Of a stretch of DNA of 32,000 bases, positions 15,097 to 23,984 are shown piece by piece. Within the stretch, counting starts at the first letter, position 1. The number at the start of each line of letters is the position of its first letter. A program made the translations under genes and the position numbers. The stretch comes from Nitrososphaera viennensis EN76 (GTDB lineage Archaea > Thermoproteota > Nitrososphaeria > Nitrososphaerales > Nitrososphaeraceae), in contig NZ_CP007536.1 of assembly GCF_000698785.1 (NCBI RefSeq), positions 1,110,001 to 1,142,000 on the forward strand. The letters are read 5' to 3'. The notes beneath the pieces are model-generated. The model was not told the origin of the DNA. It worked only from the letters and a program-made list of their open reading frames with translations, and made no database searches.

Positions 15097-16541
15097 AGAT
15101 CCTCTCAAAGAACGGCAACGAGCTGTTGCTGCTTGCTATGAAGGACGACAGCGCGGCAAAGGGCGACTATTTGCTCATCGAGGACAGGGGGAGGAGCATG
15201 GTGGTGCAGGTTTATGATGAAGAGTACCTGTCATCGCAGGCGCTAGTCGAGGACATTGTCAAAGAAGAGGTCGTGAACGCGACAAGCGCGGAAAACCTGC
15301 ACGACCCGCTCAACATCGGCTCGCTCTCGCGTCTAGTCAGGGACGCAAGGATATTCAAGGCCAAGATAAGGGCCGCAGTTGCCGACGGCAGGCTGGCAAG
15401 CGACGTGACATGGCTCCCTTCCAGGGTGGAGTCGCGAATCCGCAGGCTAAAGACAAAGGAGCTTGACGCGCTCCTCGGCAGGTCCGGCGTCTACCCCATA
15501 CCGCTTGGGCGAGCCGGCGACAACGAGGATTTTGAGATATTTGCAGAGGACCTCGACGGCAAGCTGACGATTATAACGGGCAAGAAAGAGTCTGGCAAGT
15601 CGCACCTGTCAAAACTGCTGGTAAAGACGCTTGTGCAGCACGGCGCCTTTGTCGTGGTGTTTGACCTCAATAACGAGTACAGCGGCCTGCGGTGGAACCG
15701 CGACGGCACGCCCTCGCAGGTGCACGACAGGGTGATGGTTCTTGAGCCCGGAAAGGGCCTGCAGTTTTCGCTTGACTATTGCGGAAAGGGCGCGGTGGCA
15801 GGCATGCTGAAAAACGCGCTTGACATGCCGGCCGCTTCGATGCGCGAGTTTTTCAGGATATGGGACTGGCTTGAGAACAAGCGCACGCTCGGCATCGAGG
15901 CGATTGGCAACGCCATCAACACGTGGAACATCAACGAGCTCGTGCGCGACGCGCTGGTGTCAAGGTATCATTCAATACAGCAGTCGCGCCTGTTCACGGA
16001 TAATGGCAGCGCGGGCTTTTACTTTGAGCAAGCCATGAAGCCAGGCGGCGCCGCGATGGTGATAAACATGGGCGAGTCGTCGGCGACTGCGCGCAGGATG
16101 ACGGTAGAGCTCGTGCTGAGCAAGATCGTCGACCTGCTTGAGAGAAAGGCGATCCCGCCGATATTTCTCTTTGCGGAGGAGGCGCACCTGTACATCCGCG
16201 ACACGTACTGGGAGGACCTCATCACGCGCATGAGGCACTTTGGCGTGTACACGACGTTTGTCACGAACCAGCCCGACGCGATAAACGACGGAATATACAG
16301 GCAGGTGGACAACATTTTCCTGTTCAATTTCACGAACGACTCTGACCTTGACAAGATAGCCAAGGTGTCCCTGGCAGACAGCGACACGATACGGTCCATC
16401 GTGCGGACGCTGCCTCAGAGGCAGTGCCTTGCCATCGGCAAGGCGGTGTGCGACCTGCCGGTGGTGGTCAAGGTGGCGGCTGCCGAGGTGCTTGCCCTTG
16501 GAGAGACGAAAAGGTTCTTCAAGAAAAAAGCAGCTAGCTAG
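15093..16541 (+). CDS. herA: HerA-family hexameric ATPase/helicase
   Basis: 482 aa. N-terminal HAS-barrel-like segment (GDYLLIEDRGRSMVVQV), Walker A 'TGKKESGKSHLSK' and Walker B-like 'IFLFAEEAHLY'. Coupled to nurA. Confidence 0.85.
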   Translation: MKILSKNGNELLLLAMKDDSAAKGDYLLIEDRGRSMVVQVYDEEYLSSQALVEDIVKEEVVNATSAENLHDPLNIGSLSRLVRDARIFKAKIRAAVADGRLASDVTWLPSRVESRIRRLKTKELDALLGRSGVYPIPLGRAGDNEDFEIFAEDLDGKLTIITGKKESGKSHLSKLLVKTLVQHGAFVVVFDLNNEYSGLRWNRDGTPSQVHDRVMVLEPGKGLQFSLDYCGKGAVAGMLKNALDMPAASMREFFRIWDWLENKRTLGIEAIGNAINTWNINELVRDALVSRYHSIQQSRLFTDNGSAGFYFEQAMKPGGAAMVINMGESSATARRMTVELVLSKIVDLLERKAIPPIFLFAEEAHLYIRDTYWEDLITRMRHFGVYTTFVTNQPDAINDGIYRQVDNIFLFNFTNDSDLDKIAKVSLADSDTIRSIVRTLPQRQCLAIGKAVCDLPVVVKVAAAEVLALGETKRFFKKKAAS

Positions 16542-16885
16542 ACCATGCCGGACTGGCTGCGCTTTTTGGAGCCAATGTCGACTGCCTCGCCCACGGACGA
16601 GATGAATATCTTGCCGTCGCCTGCCGAGCCCGTGCTTGCGGAATCGAGTATCGCCTTGACGACCTTGTCGACGTCCCCGTCGTCAACAACGGTGATGACG
16701 TTAGCTCTAACAGAGAACTCGGCAAGATGCGCAGAGGTTCCCCTGCCGCCTGCCACCCTGGGCTTTTCACCCTTGCCTCTCCCCTTTGCGTCGAGAATCG
16801 TAGCGCCGCCCACCCCCGCCTTCTTGAGCGCCTCGTTTACGGCGCTGACCTTTTCGCTGGCGATAATTGCCTCTATACGCTTCAT
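16538..16885 (-). CDS. P-II family nitrogen regulatory protein
   Basis: 115 aa. 'MKRIEAII..', 'VVDDGDVDKVVKAILDSASTGSAGDGKIFISSV' is the P-II fold signature. The T-loop region (GRGKGEKPRVAGGRGTSAHLAEF) lacks the canonical Tyr51 context. Confidence 0.85.
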   Translation of the reverse strand: MKRIEAIIASEKVSAVNEALKKAGVGGATILDAKGRGKGEKPRVAGGRGTSAHLAEFSVRANVITVVDDGDVDKVVKAILDSASTGSAGDGKIFISSVGEAVDIGSKKRSQSGMV

Positions 16886-17007
16886 GGCACGTTCTAAAGG
16901 AGGTTACAATATAAGGTTTTCAAACAATTATTCATGGCAGGTTCAAAATTACCTGCAAGCGCGCATGCAATGCAAATATCATAAAATTTGCAAAAATAAT
17001 ATCGCAA

Positions 17008-17961
17008 TTAGCAGCCGTTGCGGCGGGCCCAGTCCTGGCTTGAGAACTCGCTCGTGCCGCACTGCCTCTTGTCGATCTGCACAAGCTTGCTGTCCAAGAG
17101 CTCCTGGTTGAGGTTGTGAGACGAGCAGTACGCCACCCCGACAAGGTTGTTCTTGCCGCTTGCCTTCTGGCCGTCGTCCTTGTCGACAAGCACGCTGCTT
17201 CCAAAGCACAGGTCGCGGGTGTAAGAGGAGGCCTTGTCGTAGTTCTTGTCGTTCCTTGCAGGCGCCTTTGTAAGCGAGAGGTCGACCTTGTATGTGTCCT
17301 TGCCCACCTGGACGTAAATGGTGTCAGGGTCGGCTATCCTCACGACCGTCCCCTCGACGCATGTGCCCGAACATTTCATGCCTGAACTGTTGGCCTGCCC
17401 ACTGTTGTTGCTGCCGCCGGGCGCAGGGGTGCTGGCAGGCTTGACCGCAGGCGAGTTTGAGGCGCCCTGTGTCTGCTCCTTGAACTCCCACTTGCTCCCG
17501 CCGTCAGGCAAGCGCTGCCATGTTCGCGAGTCGTTGCTTCTGTCCACAAGCGAGGGCGTCTTGTCCACTACCCGGCCAGATCCGTCAACCAGTGAGAGGG
17601 ATTCGGCGCTGTTGTAGAACCTTCCGCCGCTTATCGCAAGGACGTAGAACTGGCCGGCACCTATCTTGGTTCCTGCAGGTATCTCTATGATAGCCTTGGT
17701 AAAGGAAGCCTTGATCTTGAAATTGCCTATCGAAACTTCGCTTGAGGCAGGGTTGTATAGCTCGACCCACTCACCCTTGTCGTCGCTGCCCTTGGGGTTT
17801 GACTCTACTTCGTTAATGACGACTTTTGCAGCTGCAGCAGAAGAAGGAGACGAAGACTGAGCGTATACGCTAGCAACACCAAGGCCAATGCTGCCAACCC
17901 CACTGACAGCCACAAGGCCAGCCAACAACACAGCTACGAGGCCGGATTTACTACTAGACAT
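17008..17961 (-). CDS. secreted lamin-tail-domain (LTD) protein with a C-terminal SNase (thermonuclease)-like domain
   Basis: Signal peptide (LVAVLLAGLVAVSGVGSIGLGVASVYA). LTD pattern 'VVINEVESNPKGSDDKGEWVELYNPASSEVSIGNFKI...TWQRLPDG'. Ser/Pro/Gly/Asn/Ala-rich linker. The C-terminal 'GTVVRIADPDTIYVQV...LNQELLDSKLV' resembles the SNase OB fold. Confidence 0.7.
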   Translation of the reverse strand: MSSSKSGLVAVLLAGLVAVSGVGSIGLGVASVYAQSSSPSSAAAAKVVINEVESNPKGSDDKGEWVELYNPASSEVSIGNFKIKASFTKAIIEIPAGTKIGAGQFYVLAISGGRFYNSAESLSLVDGSGRVVDKTPSLVDRSNDSRTWQRLPDGGSKWEFKEQTQGASNSPAVKPASTPAPGGSNNSGQANSSGMKCSGTCVEGTVVRIADPDTIYVQVGKDTYKVDLSLTKAPARNDKNYDKASSYTRDLCFGSSVLVDKDDGQKASGKNNLVGVAYCSSHNLNQELLDSKLVQIDKRQCGTSEFSSQDWARRNGC

Positions 17962-18023
17962 TTAGGTACGCGTGCTACCTTTTTCCATTCAGTGCACTAT
18001 ATTAACACTTATGAATACTGTCT

Positions 18024-18248
18024 CTATGTCCGGTAAAGTTTTCTATTTGCATAGGCGCGCTTTAGCCTGCTCAGGCCAAATGCAAGGAGCGTCACCGCCG
18101 CAATTGCTATCACTGCCTGGATGGCGGAAATGACTATCCTCGGGCTTTCTTTCATGGCGACTTCAAGCGGGGCCACGGCAAGCACGAGAAACGCCGAGAC
18201 TGCAAGCACCATGACCCACATTGCCATGATAAAGAGTTCAAGCCCCAT
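18024..18248 (-). CDS. small two-helix membrane protein
   Basis: 74-aa ORF with two hydrophobic segments. It starts 5 nt after the upstream GT4 gene's stop, as the last gene of the minus-strand array. Confidence 0.5.
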   Translation of the reverse strand: MGLELFIMAMWVMVLAVSAFLVLAVAPLEVAMKESPRIVISAIQAVIAIAAVTLLAFGLSRLKRAYANRKLYRT

Positions 18249-18253
18249 GCGCC

Positions 18254-19270
18254 TTATCTCACGACCACCATAAAGTAGTACTGGATTGCAATCGTGGCAA
18301 ACGCAAGGAGCGCCGAGAACATCGAGAGCCAGAATATCTTTTGCGCCACCTCCTTCTCTGAAAGCGGGCCGTCTGCAAGGATGAGGCGCACAAGCGTCGC
18401 AGGGGCCGCCCTGTCGGAAGAGGCGGCAAGCTTGTAATCGTCAAGGAGCGCCACCGGCCGGGCCTTTACCTGCCGGTGCTCCACTATGCGCTTGACGCTT
18501 GACAGGAACAGAAACGAGTTGACGACTGCCGGCAAAAGAGCGACGACGCCTATTATCTCGGCCCTGCCGGCTATGGCCAGCGCGCCGTACATGGCGCCAA
18601 GGAGGAGCGTCCCCGAGTCGCCGGGGAATATCTTGCTCGGGTACTTGTGGAACTTGAAGAATGCAAGCGATGCAAAGAGCAGCGGTAGCCCCGCAAGGAA
18701 CACGTCGGTGCTCCCGAAAATCGCGATTGCCCCAAGGAGCGGCACAGTGGCTATTGCCACAAAGCCGCTTGCAACGCCGTTCAGGACGTCGATGGAGTTG
18801 ACCGTGTTGCCGGCAATCGGCATTATGACGAGTATCAGAGGGATGTACAGAAGCGGTATGAACACGCTTCCAAAAACAAGGTTCAGGCTGCTTGCGTGCG
18901 CGCCTAGCACGATTATGGGAACTGCGGCCGCAAGGAGCGCCGCAGGCTTGAACCAGCCGGGCATGACCTTCTTGTCGTCGACATAGCCCACGGCAAACGC
19001 TATCGCGGTCGCGGCAAGGACGGCAAGGACTGCATAGTTCATCGTGACTGCAAAGAGCACGAGCTCTGCCGCAGCGATGCCTGCCATCAGCACCGGCCCG
19101 GCAGGGCGCGGCACGAGAGGCTTGCCGGGCTTGTGGTAGTCCTGCACTACGCTCCCCCTTGCCACAAGCGACCTTATCGCAAAAGGCATCATGAAATAGA
19201 CCGCAAGGAAGGATATCGCAGACACTATTGCGGCGTACGCAAGCGCCTCATAGCCTGTAGCAGCAGTCAC
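18254..19270 (-). CDS. glycosyltransferase family 4 (MraY/WecA/AglH-like polyprenyl-phosphate HexNAc-1-phosphate transferase)
   Basis: 338-aa polytopic membrane protein with 'VGYVDDKK', 'GNTVNSIDVLNGVASG' and 'FPGDSGTLLLG' motifs. Its GTG start overlaps the hel308 stop (GTGA). Confidence 0.8.
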   Translation of the reverse strand: MTAATGYEALAYAAIVSAISFLAVYFMMPFAIRSLVARGSVVQDYHKPGKPLVPRPAGPVLMAGIAAAELVLFAVTMNYAVLAVLAATAIAFAVGYVDDKKVMPGWFKPAALLAAAVPIIVLGAHASSLNLVFGSVFIPLLYIPLILVIMPIAGNTVNSIDVLNGVASGFVAIATVPLLGAIAIFGSTDVFLAGLPLLFASLAFFKFHKYPSKIFPGDSGTLLLGAMYGALAIAGRAEIIGVVALLPAVVNSFLFLSSVKRIVEHRQVKARPVALLDDYKLAASSDRAAPATLVRLILADGPLSEKEVAQKIFWLSMFSALLAFATIAIQYYFMVVVR

Positions 19271-21402
19271 TGCGCTTGTCTCCTTGCAAGCTGCGCTTTT
19301 ATCTTTTCGGCAACAGCAGGCCCGATCTTTGGTACGGACGCCAGTTTTGCCTGCGGCGCCTTGGCCACCTTTGGCACGTCAGTAAAGCCGGCGGCATAAA
19401 GCGCCCTTGCGCGCACCCGGCCCACCCCTTCAAGGGCGACAAGCGGGATCAGCTCCTCCTTTATGCCGTAGCGTATGCGCGTCCGGAGCGCGTACAGCTC
19501 GGAGAGCATGTCCTCGCGCCCGAGGAGCTTGGCCACCTCGTAGAGCGAATAGGCAAGCCACTCGCCGGTCTCGACCATCCTGTGCATGTCGCCCGGCTCG
19601 ACCCCCATCCTGTCGCCAAGCGTCCTGTCGCCTGCCTCCTCCATCCATTCGGCAAGCGCCCAGAAGCTTCGCGAGCAGTCGTACTCGCTCATGTCGTACA
19701 AGAGTTCGTCGCGCCTTTCCTGCAAGAGCAGGCTCACTTCGTCAGGGTCCTTTTTGCGAAGCGCAAGTTTCGGGTAAAAGTCAGGGCTTTGCGTGACAAG
19801 GTGCAAAAAGCCAAGCGTGTGCCTGCGCCTGCCCTTTTCCACCCTGTTCAGCGCGTCGCGGAAATCCACCGCAGTCTGCGGGTCAATGTATAACAAAGAC
19901 GTGCGCTTGCCAAACTCGGTGGCGACATAGCGCTCGTTTCTTGCCTTGACAAGCTCTTCAGATTCCAGGTACTCTAGCGCCGACTCGACCTTGAACTGGA
20001 CCGTGGCGCTCCTGTACTGCCTGGCAAAGAGCGTGCTTGCAAACACTTCCATTATCTCGGGCTTTTTCATGCCAGGGACGGACGCTATCGTCGAGAGGAG
20101 GTGGAACCTTATCGCCCTGTCGCCGGCCAGCTGCGACCGCAGAGGCTCCGGCGTGCCAAGGACGTAATGGTCATAGATTTCCTCGCCGCTTGTTGCTGTT
20201 GTTGATTCAGCAACGATGATGGCCTCGCCAGAAGTGTCGTACTTGGGCCTTCCGGCCCTGCCGCACAGCTGCTTGTACTCCATGACGCTTATCGGCACGT
20301 TTCCCCCGTACTCCCCGTCGTAGCGAAGGATGCTTGCCACCACCACCCTTCGCGCAGGCAGGTTCACGCCTGCCGCAAGCGTCGGAGTCGCCGTCAGCAG
20401 TTTCACGACGCCTGCCTTGAACGACTCTTCAACTATCTTGCGGCTTGAAGGCGCAAGGCCGGCGTGGTGGAACGCGACCCCTTTTCCCACGAGCTGGGCA
20501 AGTGTCCGCGTGAGCTCGGCATCGTCGCCCTTGTCGAGGATTTCTGCCGCCGCTTTTGCGGCAAGCTCTTTGGCGCCCTTGTCAAGGCGCCTGTACACGC
20601 CCTCTGCGGCTTTTGCCGCAAGCGACGACGCCCTCTTTCTCGTTTCTGCAAATATCAGGGCCTGCCCGCCGTTGTCAAGTGAGTCGATTGCAAGGTCCAC
20701 CGGCGCCGACGTTCCGGCCTGCACCCGGAAGGTCCGGCCGTCTCCCATGCGCACGCTGCCGTACTCGTAGACGCCCTCGACAAGCTTTGTCGGGCGCCAG
20801 CTGCTTTCCACCAGCGCGCAGGCAAGCCAGTCGGATATTTCGTCCGCGTTTGACACGGTGGCGGAAAGCGCGACTATTTGCGCGTCCGGGTACAGCTTGC
20901 GTATCCTTGTAAGCATCATCTCAAGCGTGGGCCCGCGCTCCCTGTCACCGATGAGGTGGACCTCGTCGGCTACAAACAGCCCCACCTCGCCAAGCCACTC
21001 CACTCCGTGCCTAAAGAGCGTGTCCATCTTTTCGTTTGTAAGCACGATAACGTCTGCAAAAGCAAGCTCTTTGCCGGACGAGTCATAGTCGCCGGTAGCC
21101 ACCATCACCTTTGGCTGCCTGCCAAGGCCGAGGTCTATCCCTTCAAGTGCCTTCAGGTCGGACGCCTTTTCGCTTGCAAGGGCCCGCAGGGGCGTCAGGT
21201 AGACTGCCTTTTTGCCCTTTTGCAGCGTTTTTGCGATGGCCATCATTGCGACGAGCGTCTTGCCGCTTGCCGTCGGCGTCGTGACAAGCACGCTCTTTCC
21301 GTCAAGGATGCCTGCGGCCATCGCCTTTTCCTGCGGCGGGTACAGCGATTCGTAGCCGAGGCTGCCAAGGATGGCCTTTACAGTGTCAGGCATTGTCTGC
21401 AT
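19267..21402 (-). CDS. hel308: Hel308/Hjm (Ski2-like) DNA helicase
   Basis: 711 aa. 'LYPPQEKAMAAGILDGKSVLVTTPTASGKTLVA' (Q motif and Walker A), 'ADEVHLIGDRERGP' (DEVH) and 'VAFHHAGL'. The C-terminal HhH-like region 'VGRVRARALYAAGF' is typical of Hel308. Confidence 0.9.
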   Translation of the reverse strand: MQTMPDTVKAILGSLGYESLYPPQEKAMAAGILDGKSVLVTTPTASGKTLVAMMAIAKTLQKGKKAVYLTPLRALASEKASDLKALEGIDLGLGRQPKVMVATGDYDSSGKELAFADVIVLTNEKMDTLFRHGVEWLGEVGLFVADEVHLIGDRERGPTLEMMLTRIRKLYPDAQIVALSATVSNADEISDWLACALVESSWRPTKLVEGVYEYGSVRMGDGRTFRVQAGTSAPVDLAIDSLDNGGQALIFAETRKRASSLAAKAAEGVYRRLDKGAKELAAKAAAEILDKGDDAELTRTLAQLVGKGVAFHHAGLAPSSRKIVEESFKAGVVKLLTATPTLAAGVNLPARRVVVASILRYDGEYGGNVPISVMEYKQLCGRAGRPKYDTSGEAIIVAESTTATSGEEIYDHYVLGTPEPLRSQLAGDRAIRFHLLSTIASVPGMKKPEIMEVFASTLFARQYRSATVQFKVESALEYLESEELVKARNERYVATEFGKRTSLLYIDPQTAVDFRDALNRVEKGRRRHTLGFLHLVTQSPDFYPKLALRKKDPDEVSLLLQERRDELLYDMSEYDCSRSFWALAEWMEEAGDRTLGDRMGVEPGDMHRMVETGEWLAYSLYEVAKLLGREDMLSELYALRTRIRYGIKEELIPLVALEGVGRVRARALYAAGFTDVPKVAKAPQAKLASVPKIGPAVAEKIKAQLARRQAQ

Positions 21403-21435
21403 ATGCGCGGCTTACGTGTTATATCGTGCCGTGTT

Positions 21436-21906
21436 TTATTTTAACTGTCGCAGCTCTCCTGAAAGCCACTTTATGTAATTTCGTTCTACCTTGCGCACCT
21501 CGATCGCCCGCTCGCACAGAGCCTTTGCCTGCACCCTGTTGTGCAGCCAGCGCTCGCGGCGCCAGTGGCGCAGGAGGTAGTACGGCTGATCGTCGAGCAT
21601 TTCAGCGGGCAGGCGTGCCATTGCCCATATGTCGCAAGCTTTTTCGCCGTGCGGAACACCGTTGCATCCCTGCAAAAGGTGTGTCAGCTCGTGCGCAATA
21701 GTCATGCGCCCGACGTTTGGCTGGAGCGAAATTTGCTTTGGGATTGCCCAGCCCCGCGCCGTGCCCAAGAGCCGCGTCCCCCTGCGGATATAGCCGCATT
21801 TTACCTCATGTTCTGCAAGCTCGGGAAACAATGCATAGACTTTCAGCACCCGCTCCTTGAACTCGCCGGAAAATTTTGCCTCTGCAATCCGGGTGAACCT
21901 GAGCAA
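21436..21906 (-). CDS. SprT-like zinc metalloprotease (HExxH...PHG)
   Basis: 156-aa ORF. 'TIAHELTHLLQGCNGVPHGEKACDIW' matches the SprT pattern HExxH-x(9)-HGxx-(aromatic). The upstream 'RGTRLLGTARGW..ISL' is also SprT-like. The only start option is a TTG 2 nt after the MCM stop. Confidence 0.6.
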   Translation of the reverse strand: MLRFTRIAEAKFSGEFKERVLKVYALFPELAEHEVKCGYIRRGTRLLGTARGWAIPKQISLQPNVGRMTIAHELTHLLQGCNGVPHGEKACDIWAMARLPAEMLDDQPYYLLRHWRRERWLHNRVQAKALCERAIEVRKVERNYIKWLSGELRQLK

Positions 21907-21908
21907 GC

Positions 21909-23984
21909 CTAGGCTTTGGCCCAGAAGCCCGGCCTTCTTTCGTATATCCTGCCCTCGCGGTTGAACTTGCTTATCTGCGACCTTGCCTCCTCGTCTGTGA
22001 ACCTGCCCGTTTTCACAAGCTCTGCCACAAGGTTCTTATCCTCGACCTCGTTGTTGTCCGGGCCCGACAGGCCGTTGAACACCTCCATGAACAGCTTTTG
22101 CTTTGACACCTCGCTCTGCGGCTTGCCGTACAGGACGCCGACGTCCATCTTGCCCGTGTTGACGTCAACTCCTGCGGTCTTTAACATCTGGTCGACGAGG
22201 TAAATTGCCCTCTTGGCGTCGTCTGCGTCCACCCTGTCCTTGAGCAAGAGCCTTGCGCGAGCGGTGGCAAGCCTCACCAGACCTTCAAGCTGCCTCGGAG
22301 TGACCGTTATCATGCCCTCCGACTCGGCCTTTCTCATGTCCATGTAGTAGCTCCTGATGATGTCTATGGCTTCAGAGGTGAGCGCCGGCTCTATCCTCTT
22401 TGCGTACGTCAGGTACTTGGAAAACAGGTCGATGTCTATTGCAGGCTTGGCCGCGTGCGCAACGTCCTTGTGGATTTCAAGTATATGGCTTGCAATCAGG
22501 TTGTCCTTGTCCTTTTCCGGTATGTCCCGGACTATGAATATCAGGTCAAACCTGGTCAATAATGGCACCGGCAGGTTCACGTTTTCGGTGATGTTCTTGT
22601 ACGGGTCGTACTTGCCGTACATCGGGTTTGCGGCCGAAAGTATCGACGTCCTTGCGTTCAATGTCGCGACGATGCCCCCCTTTGCGACCGAGCAGGTCTG
22701 CTGCTCCATCACCTCGTGGAGCGCCGAGCGGTCCTCCGGCTTTATCTTGTCAAATTCATCGATACAGACGAGGCCCTGGTCTCCCAGAACCACCGCGCCT
22801 GCTTCAAGCATCATTATCCCGGACTTGTCTCGGATGACTGCAGCGGTAAGGCCCGCGGCTGTAGAGCCCCTGCCAGATGTATACAGCCCTCTGGGCGCGA
22901 TTTTTGCGGCAAATTTCAGCATCTCGGATTTCGCAGTCCCAGGGTCCCCGACAAGGAGTACGTTGATGTCGCCCCTGCGGGTAGAGCCGTCCTCCAGCTT
23001 TTTCGTGACAGAACCTACTATCAGGAGCAATATCGACTCTTTGATGACCTCCTGCCCGTAGATGTGGGGCGCAAACGAGGCGACCAGTTTTTCGTAGGCG
23101 TCCGGCTTGCTCCCGATAGCCCGTATCTGGCGCTCGTCCTCGGTGCTTATCGCAATCCTTTCAACCGTGCGGGTGTCCTTGCTTCCAGCCCTGCCTCCCA
23201 GGTACTCGATGTTGTTTCCTTCCATGCGCAGGCGGAAGAGGCTCGTCTTTGCCTGCGGCGCCAGCTGCTCCTGCTCTATGCGTATGATGCCTGTCAGCAT
23301 TATCCTGTCGCCGGGCCTGCACTGGTCCACGAGGTCGCCCATCACGGTGACTTCGACGTAGTGCGGCAGCTGCCCTGCCGGCAAATCCTCTGGGAGCTCT
23401 TGCAGGCGCACCATCTGGAAATCTATGAATATGCTGTTTTCAGGGTCCATGTCAAGCTCTTTTTCGCCGCAGGCGATGCATTTTGAGGGCTTTTTCAGTA
23501 CCAGGCCCTTTAGCGTCGCCTCAGTGACGGCGTTGCAGTTGGCGCACTTGTAGGCCACCTTTTTTGCAAGCGGCTTGACCTCCGACGAGCGCACCACCAT
23601 GCCGGACACGCTCACCAGCTTGTCGATAAGGTCGGCGTTGATGTCCCGGAGCCCCTTCTGGACCGTATAGTTGCCTATCCTGACCTTTATCCTGTCGTGG
23701 ATTTCCTGCTCGTAGTCGTGGTGTATCTCGCGCAGGATTGCAAGGGCGGCCTCGTTGAACGCCTCAAGCATCTCGTCCGGCTTGTGCGTCAACTGCTTTG
23801 CAAGGTCTGGGTTGTACGAGTCAAAGTCTATGTAATCGACGACAAGCGACTGGACGCCGGACGCCATCATGTTGTTGATGCGATCGAAATAGCGGTAGTT
23901 GCCTTCCCTGTCCTTGAACGCCTGCAGGAACTCTTTCAGGTTGTCCGCAAGAGCCGCGGACGTCGCCTGCTGTTGCTCAGCCAA
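21909..23984 (-). CDS. mcm: MCM replicative helicase
   Basis: 691 aa. Zinc motif 'CANCNAV..CIACG', Walker A 'GDPGTAKSEMLK', Walker B 'CIDEFDK' and arginine finger 'SRFDLIF'-type ('TRFDLIFIV'). The TTG start overlaps the upstream GINS stop. Confidence 0.95.
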   Translation of the reverse strand: MAEQQQATSAALADNLKEFLQAFKDREGNYRYFDRINNMMASGVQSLVVDYIDFDSYNPDLAKQLTHKPDEMLEAFNEAALAILREIHHDYEQEIHDRIKVRIGNYTVQKGLRDINADLIDKLVSVSGMVVRSSEVKPLAKKVAYKCANCNAVTEATLKGLVLKKPSKCIACGEKELDMDPENSIFIDFQMVRLQELPEDLPAGQLPHYVEVTVMGDLVDQCRPGDRIMLTGIIRIEQEQLAPQAKTSLFRLRMEGNNIEYLGGRAGSKDTRTVERIAISTEDERQIRAIGSKPDAYEKLVASFAPHIYGQEVIKESILLLIVGSVTKKLEDGSTRRGDINVLLVGDPGTAKSEMLKFAAKIAPRGLYTSGRGSTAAGLTAAVIRDKSGIMMLEAGAVVLGDQGLVCIDEFDKIKPEDRSALHEVMEQQTCSVAKGGIVATLNARTSILSAANPMYGKYDPYKNITENVNLPVPLLTRFDLIFIVRDIPEKDKDNLIASHILEIHKDVAHAAKPAIDIDLFSKYLTYAKRIEPALTSEAIDIIRSYYMDMRKAESEGMITVTPRQLEGLVRLATARARLLLKDRVDADDAKRAIYLVDQMLKTAGVDVNTGKMDVGVLYGKPQSEVSKQKLFMEVFNGLSGPDNNEVEDKNLVAELVKTGRFTDEEARSQISKFNREGRIYERRPGFWAKA

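Noticed and set aside
19276-23486. Multiple 100-256-aa plus-strand ORFs antisense to hel308 and mcm (e.g. 19276-19893, 20878-21444, 22357-23061, 22716-23486)
   Set aside because: All lie inside genes with strong helicase or MCM motifs on the other strand. Their translations are low-complexity and carry no motifs.
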